64,000 nt of DNA from the human T2T-CHM13v2.0 reference genome, Homo sapiens: NCBI RefSeq assembly GCF_009914755.1, contig NC_060925.1. One strand, given 5' to 3'. The position numbers and the translations under genes are program-made. Positions 57,685-64,000 of this stretch are shown one piece after another. The first letter of the stretch is position 1. The number at the start of each line of letters is the position of its first letter. A model generated the notes under the pieces. That model made no database searches and had not been told where the DNA came from. It saw only the letters and a program-made list of their open reading frames with translations.

Positions 57685-59090
57685 GTCGTTGGCAAAGCCT
57701 GGGTCCTGTCCTCTCGTTCTCCTCCCCAGACAGCATGAGTTTCACCACTTGCTCCAACTTCTCCACCAATTACTGGTCCCTGGGCTCTGTCCAGCCGCCC
57801 AGCTGGTCAACAGCGTGGCCAGAGCCTATGCACGTGCCAGGGGCTCTGGTTTCCAGATCTCCGTGTCCTGCTCCACCAGCTTCTGGGATGGCTTGGGGTC
57901 CCGGGGCCTGGCCGCAGGGATGGCTGGGGGCCTGGCAGGAATAGGAGGCATCCAGAACGAGAAGGAGACCATGCAAAGCCTGAAAGACCACCTGGCCTCC
58001 TACCTGGACAGACTGAGGAGCCTGGAGATCGAGAACTGGAGGCTGGAGAGCAAAATCTGGGAGCACCTGGAGAAGAAGGGACCCCAGGTCAGAGACTGGG
58101 GGCCATTACTTCAAGATCATCGAGGACCTGAGGGCTCAGATCTTAGCAAATACTGTGGACAATGCCTGCATCGTTCTGCAGACTGACAATGCCCATCTTG
58201 CTGCTGATGACTTTAGAGTCAAGTATGAGACAGACTCTCAGGCGCCAGTCTGTGGAGAGCAGCATTACGGGCTCTGCAAGGTCACTGATGACACCAATGT
58301 CACTTGGCCACAGCTGGAGACAGAGATCGAGGCTCTCAAGGAGGAGCTGCTCTTCATGAAGAACCACAAAGATGAACTAAAAGGCCTACAAGCCCAGATT
58401 GCCAGCTCTGGGTTGACCATGGAGGTTGATGCCCCCAAATCTCAGGACCTCGCCACGATCATGGCAGACATCTGGGCCCAATATGACAAGCTGGCTCGGA
58501 AGAACCGAGAGGAGCTGGACAAGTGCTGGTCTGAGCGGACTGAGGAGAGCACCACAGTGGTCACCACCCAGTCCGCCCAGGTTGGAGCTGCTGAGATGAC
58601 ACTCACGGAGCTGGGACGTACGGTCCAGTCCTTGGAGATCGACCTGGACTCCATGAAAAATCTGAAGGCCAGCTTGGAGAACAGCCTGAGGGAGGTGGAG
58701 GTCCGCTACACCCTGCAGATGGAGCAGCTCAACGAGATCCTGCTGCACCTGGCGTCAGGGCTGGCCCAGACCCAGGAAGAGGCGCAACACCAAGCCCAGG
58801 AGTGCGAGGCCCTGCTGAACATCAAGGCCAAGCTGGAGGCTAGGGTCACCACCTACCGCTGCCTGCTGGAAGACGGTGAGGACTTCAATCTTCAATCTTG
58901 GTGATGGACAGCAGCAACTCCACGCAAACCATTCAAAAGACCACCACCTGCCGCAAAGTGAGTGGCAAAGTGGTGTCTCAGTCCAACGACACTAAAGTTC
59001 TGAGACATTAAGCCAGCAGAAGCAGGGTACCCTTTGGGGAGCAGGAGGCCAATAAAAAGTTCAGCGGTTTAAATAAAAAAAAAAAAAAAA
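57685..59090 (+). pseudogene. KRT18: Processed keratin-18 pseudogene (probably KRT18P12 if human)
   Basis: ATG at 57735 (MSFTT..STN), helix-initiation motif [21 protein letters not shown], tail NDTKVLRH with TAA at 59009-59011. Several frameshifts. AATAAA at 59051-59056, poly(A) at 59071-59090, TSD AGTAGTATACTGAG at 57671-57684 and 59421-59434. Confidence 0.95.
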
Positions 59091-59520
<430 letters not shown>

Positions 59521-59972
59521 TTATAAGTGGCTCTTGTTTTACTCAATGTAATAGATCAATAACAATAGAATTAGTTCTAAATATTTTTTAAATACCATCA
59601 TTCGTAATTACAAAAATTAAATGGTAAGCAATTATGAAATCAACAAAATGAAAATTTCAAAACCCAGCACTAGCAGGATGTGAGGAAAGTTGTAAACTTA
59701 AAGATTGATGATGCTGCTATAAGCTGATAGTTTTTCCAGGGAGCAATCTGGCCATATGTAACAAGATCTACAAGCAATTCTTGCCTCTAACCCACAGAAC
59801 CTACCTTGGAAACTAAACCCTAATGAAGAACTCTCCAAGTAAAATAAATGTAATTTGTTCATCTATGTTTATAGTGATACTTTTTGTAATAGTTAAAATT
59901 GGGGAAAATCTGAGTATCAAGCCACAAGAGAATGGTTAAATAACCAATCGTGGTATAATAAAAGACGTTATT

Positions 59973-60465
<493 letters not shown>

Positions 60466-60994
60466 CTATTCACCATCCCCTCGCACAACAGCTTTCAATG
60501 ACGTTACATGCTTCTCATTACACTACCACTCTTTGATGACAATAACTTCTCATCAAAACATGACAAGTTATATAGTAGCGGATATAGCAAACATATATTT
60601 GAAAAAAGGTCATGAAAAAGTAAATAAAAAATAGGTAGACACAAAAGATATCGATATAAGGCAAGCCAATGAGTACCAGAAATTAATTGAAAATGATATA
60701 ATCATTTATAATTATTTTTGTCAATGAAGTATCTGTTTATACTTCATCTGCACCTACATCTATATCGCCACATCTTTTCATTCTCATTTAGATGCTACCT
60801 CTTTATAAATATATTTTTCAACAATTCTGTACATACCATATTCATAACAGAAATATTTCTATCCAACACGCTTTGTCTGCTTCAATGACATAAAGATTAG
60901 TGAACACTTATCGCAAAAGTAAATCTAGTGCAAAGGTTATTATTCAACCTTTCACATGTACGATTTAGGGTTCAACAATTCTTTTGTCAGATTA

Positions 60995-61416
<422 letters not shown>

Positions 61417-61665
61417 TCACCTATATGAGGGTAAAGCTGTGTTACCACTGAATTTATCTTTATGACCTACATTAGAAATTCCATTGCATCTGTATGATTC
61501 AAGAATCACAAAAATGTTCACTATATCAATCTCACTCATAATTAATCCTAAAATAAATTCAACAGCAAAAAAAGTATTAATGTGAATCATTTTCACTATC
61601 ATCTTCTATGCGATAGCAAGAAATGTAAAATGTGCATGCTTTCAATAATAACAACAACAAAAAAA

Positions 61666-61972
61666 GGCCAGGTACAGTAGCTCACACCTATAATCCCAGA
61701 ATTTTGGAAGGCCAAGGCCGGGGTGGGGTGGGGGTGGGGGAGATAACTTGGGGCCAGGAGTTCGAGACCAGCCTGGGCAACATGATGAAACCCATAACTA
61801 TGAAAAATAAAAAAATTTGGCACAGGATGTTGGCATACACCTATGGTCTTAGCTACTTAGGAGGCTGAGGTGGAAGGATTGCTTGAGCCCAGGAATTCAA
61901 GGTTGCAGTGAGCTATAATCACACCACTGCACTCCAGCCTGGGCAACAGAGCAAGACCTTGTCTTTAAAAAA
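61666..61972 (+). mobile_element. AluJ with a G-run expansion in the left arm
   Basis: ggggtggggtgggggtggggg at ~61720-61740. Confidence 0.88.
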
Positions 61973-62060
61973 TTAATTAGTTTTTTAAAAAATATTAAGA
62001 GGATTTATAGTATATCAATTGTAAAGATACTACAAATATTAGTTATTAAGACTACAAGTT

Positions 62061-62289
62061 AGCTGGGCATGGTGGCTCACACCTATAATCCCAGCACTTT
62101 GGGAAGCTGAGGCGGGAGGATCACTTGAGCCCAAGAGTTCGAGACCAGCTTGCGTAACCTAGTGATACCCTGTCTCTACAAAAAAATAAAAAATTAGCTG
62201 GGCATGGTACCACATGCCTGTATTCCTAGCTACTCAGGAGGCTGAGGTAGGAAGATCTCAAGATCTTGTCTCAAAAAAATAAAAAAATA
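62061..62289 (+). mobile_element. AluJ with a right-arm deletion
   Basis: Right arm jumps from gaggtaggaagatc to aagatcttgtctc. Confidence 0.85.
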
Positions 62290-62366
62290 CAGAAATTATG
62301 TATAGATTATGAAGGAGTATATAAAATTACAAGTATGAAATTATGTCTACACATGAACATTAACTA

Positions 62367-62445
62367 TTAGGTTGATGTCAAAGTAATTGTGGGTTTTGCC
62401 ATTACTTTTAATAGCAAAAACTGTGATTACTTTTGCGCCAACCTA
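62367..62445. mobile_element. MADE1 (Hsmar1 MITE), ~80-bp palindrome
   Basis: TA|ttaggttgatgtcaaagtaattgtgggttttgccatta ctttta atagcaaaaactgtgattacttttgcgccaaccta|TA. Confidence 0.9.
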
Positions 62446-62894
62446 TAAAAAACATCAAAAAATTTTTAAATAGCTGGTCATAGGTTTGTGGCTAAGTTTA
62501 TACCAATTTTTTAAACATGTTGGTACACTGAGAGAAAAAATGTCTAATATTTGTATTTACAAAATCTGTACTTGCTATGAAATATACCCACGTCTCTCAG
62601 TTACAAAAGAATCTGGTATGCTTCAAGTTTCTAAAAACAATTTATTTTAAATATCTTTCTAATTAGGACAACCTTGAGTTAGTAAACGAAGCACATCCAG
62701 TTTGATTTTTATCATTTCCTGATAACTTGAGCTCATTCCTGGAACATCAATGGTTTTTACTATATTCCCTAGTTTAAAGATGATACCTTTCACTGCTAGG
62801 GAAAATAATGGGTACCCCCGGTAGATACTAATGAGCAGAAGGGCTGCTGCAGATCAGGTCTAGGTAACGTTTTCCTTTTTGCCTTTGAGAAGTG

Positions 62895-63180
62895 GTGATG
62901 AAGAGTGGATACAAGCACAAGCTCTGGATTCATGCCCAGATTTGACACTAGGCTCCATCATTCACTAGTATTTGCATGCCATGATGTTACATAGTAAACC
63001 AGTATTTATTTACCAGCTGTAGGATCTTGTGCAAGTTACTTAGCCTTTCTAAGCCTGAGTTGTCTCATCTACAATAGGCCAAAGATAGTGCTTACTTCAC
63101 AGGGTTGCCGTAAGGATCAAGAAAGATAATCCACTGGACAAAGCACTTGCACACGGTAAGTACTATACTAACTAAAGGCC
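62895..63180 (+). mobile_element. MIR
   Basis: gcaagttacttagcctttctaagcctgagttgtctcatct. Confidence 0.75.
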
Positions 63181-63348
63181 AATTAATATCAGTCTCTCTC
63201 TGCTGGTCATCTAAGGTGTCATCAGGCTTACATTTTACCATCACCTATAACTACTTTTACTTTCTGTCTCTAACTACTTTTCCTTCAGTCCTCTTAGGCA
63301 TCACTGAAGAACTAGGGCTCCTAAGAGTAGTTTGATAACCATCTATGA

Positions 63349-63660
63349 CGGTGCTGTCCAAAAGAAATATAATGTGATCCATAAATGCAAGCCACCTATG
63401 TAATTGTTGATTCCCTTGTAGTCACATACAAAAGTAAATCAAGACAGGTGAAATTAATTTTGACAACAGATTTATCTCAATATACACAAAATATTATGTC
63501 AACATATAATAAATAAAAAATTATGAGATATTTTACTTTTTTTTGATAACAAGTCTTCAAGGTCCCATGTGTATTTGACACTGACAGCAATATCCCAACT
63601 CAGACTAGCCACATTTCAAATGCTAAACAGCCACATGGGGCTAAAGGCTACGTTATTAGT
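63349..63660. mobile_element. MER33 (hAT-Charlie)
   Basis: gtgctgtccaaaagaaatataatg...ctagccacatttcaaatgct..agccacatg. Confidence 0.8.
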
Positions 63661-63819
63661 TGCTGATTCTTTTCAAGATTATGACCACAGAAAAACATCT
63701 CCACTTTCGAAAACATCAAAATGCATTTATTAAACAAGCTGGTGGATAGACAAAAGGAAAGAATGAATGGAAGGAGGAAGGAACACATGTACTTGACCTA
63801 CACAGACTTCTGAGCCTAA

Positions 63820-63985
63820 CGTGGTGGTTAAGAACTTGGGCTGTGGAATCAGAGAGAACGGGTTCACATGCCACTTACTCCACTTACTAGCTGTGAGAGC
63901 TGAGCAAATAACTTCTTTAATTCTCACATTTCTCAAGGATAAACTATAGATAAAAATAACATCTCCTTCATAATGTTGTTACAAG
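63820..63985 (+). mobile_element. MIR
   Basis: gtggttaagaacttgggctgtggaatcaga...ccacttactagctgtg. Confidence 0.78.
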
Positions 63986-64000
63986 TTTAAAGGTTATAGC

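Overview
This is primate (most likely human or great ape) genomic DNA with the character of one long intron. It holds no canonical protein-coding exon I can support, about 36 Alu-family elements, many MIR/L2/L1M relics, several DNA-transposon fossils (a near-full-length Tigger1, Tigger3a, MER1B, MER33, MER102, MADE1), and a solo ERVL LTR. Two processed retrocopies stand out. One is an AP3S1 (AP-3 sigma-3A) copy on the minus strand with a complete uninterrupted 193-codon ORF, both UTRs, poly(A) and a target-site duplication (TSD). The other is a frameshifted KRT18 copy on the plus strand with an AluY in its poly(A) tail. From memory, unverified, this pairing about 49 kb apart matches intron 1 of human PTPN14 (minus strand, containing KRT18P12). 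I found no evidence for a wholly new multi-gene system. The best leads are the intact AP3S1 retrocopy and several atypical retrotransposition or repair junctions: a doubly truncated, TSD-less L1 fragment with microhomology and templated filler; a putative mini-L1 joining 5' and 3' termini; a twin-primed L1MA; and a FAM nested in Tigger1. Repeat family names come from recalled consensus sequences, not a database search. Most short ORFs in the track are repeat-derived noise.
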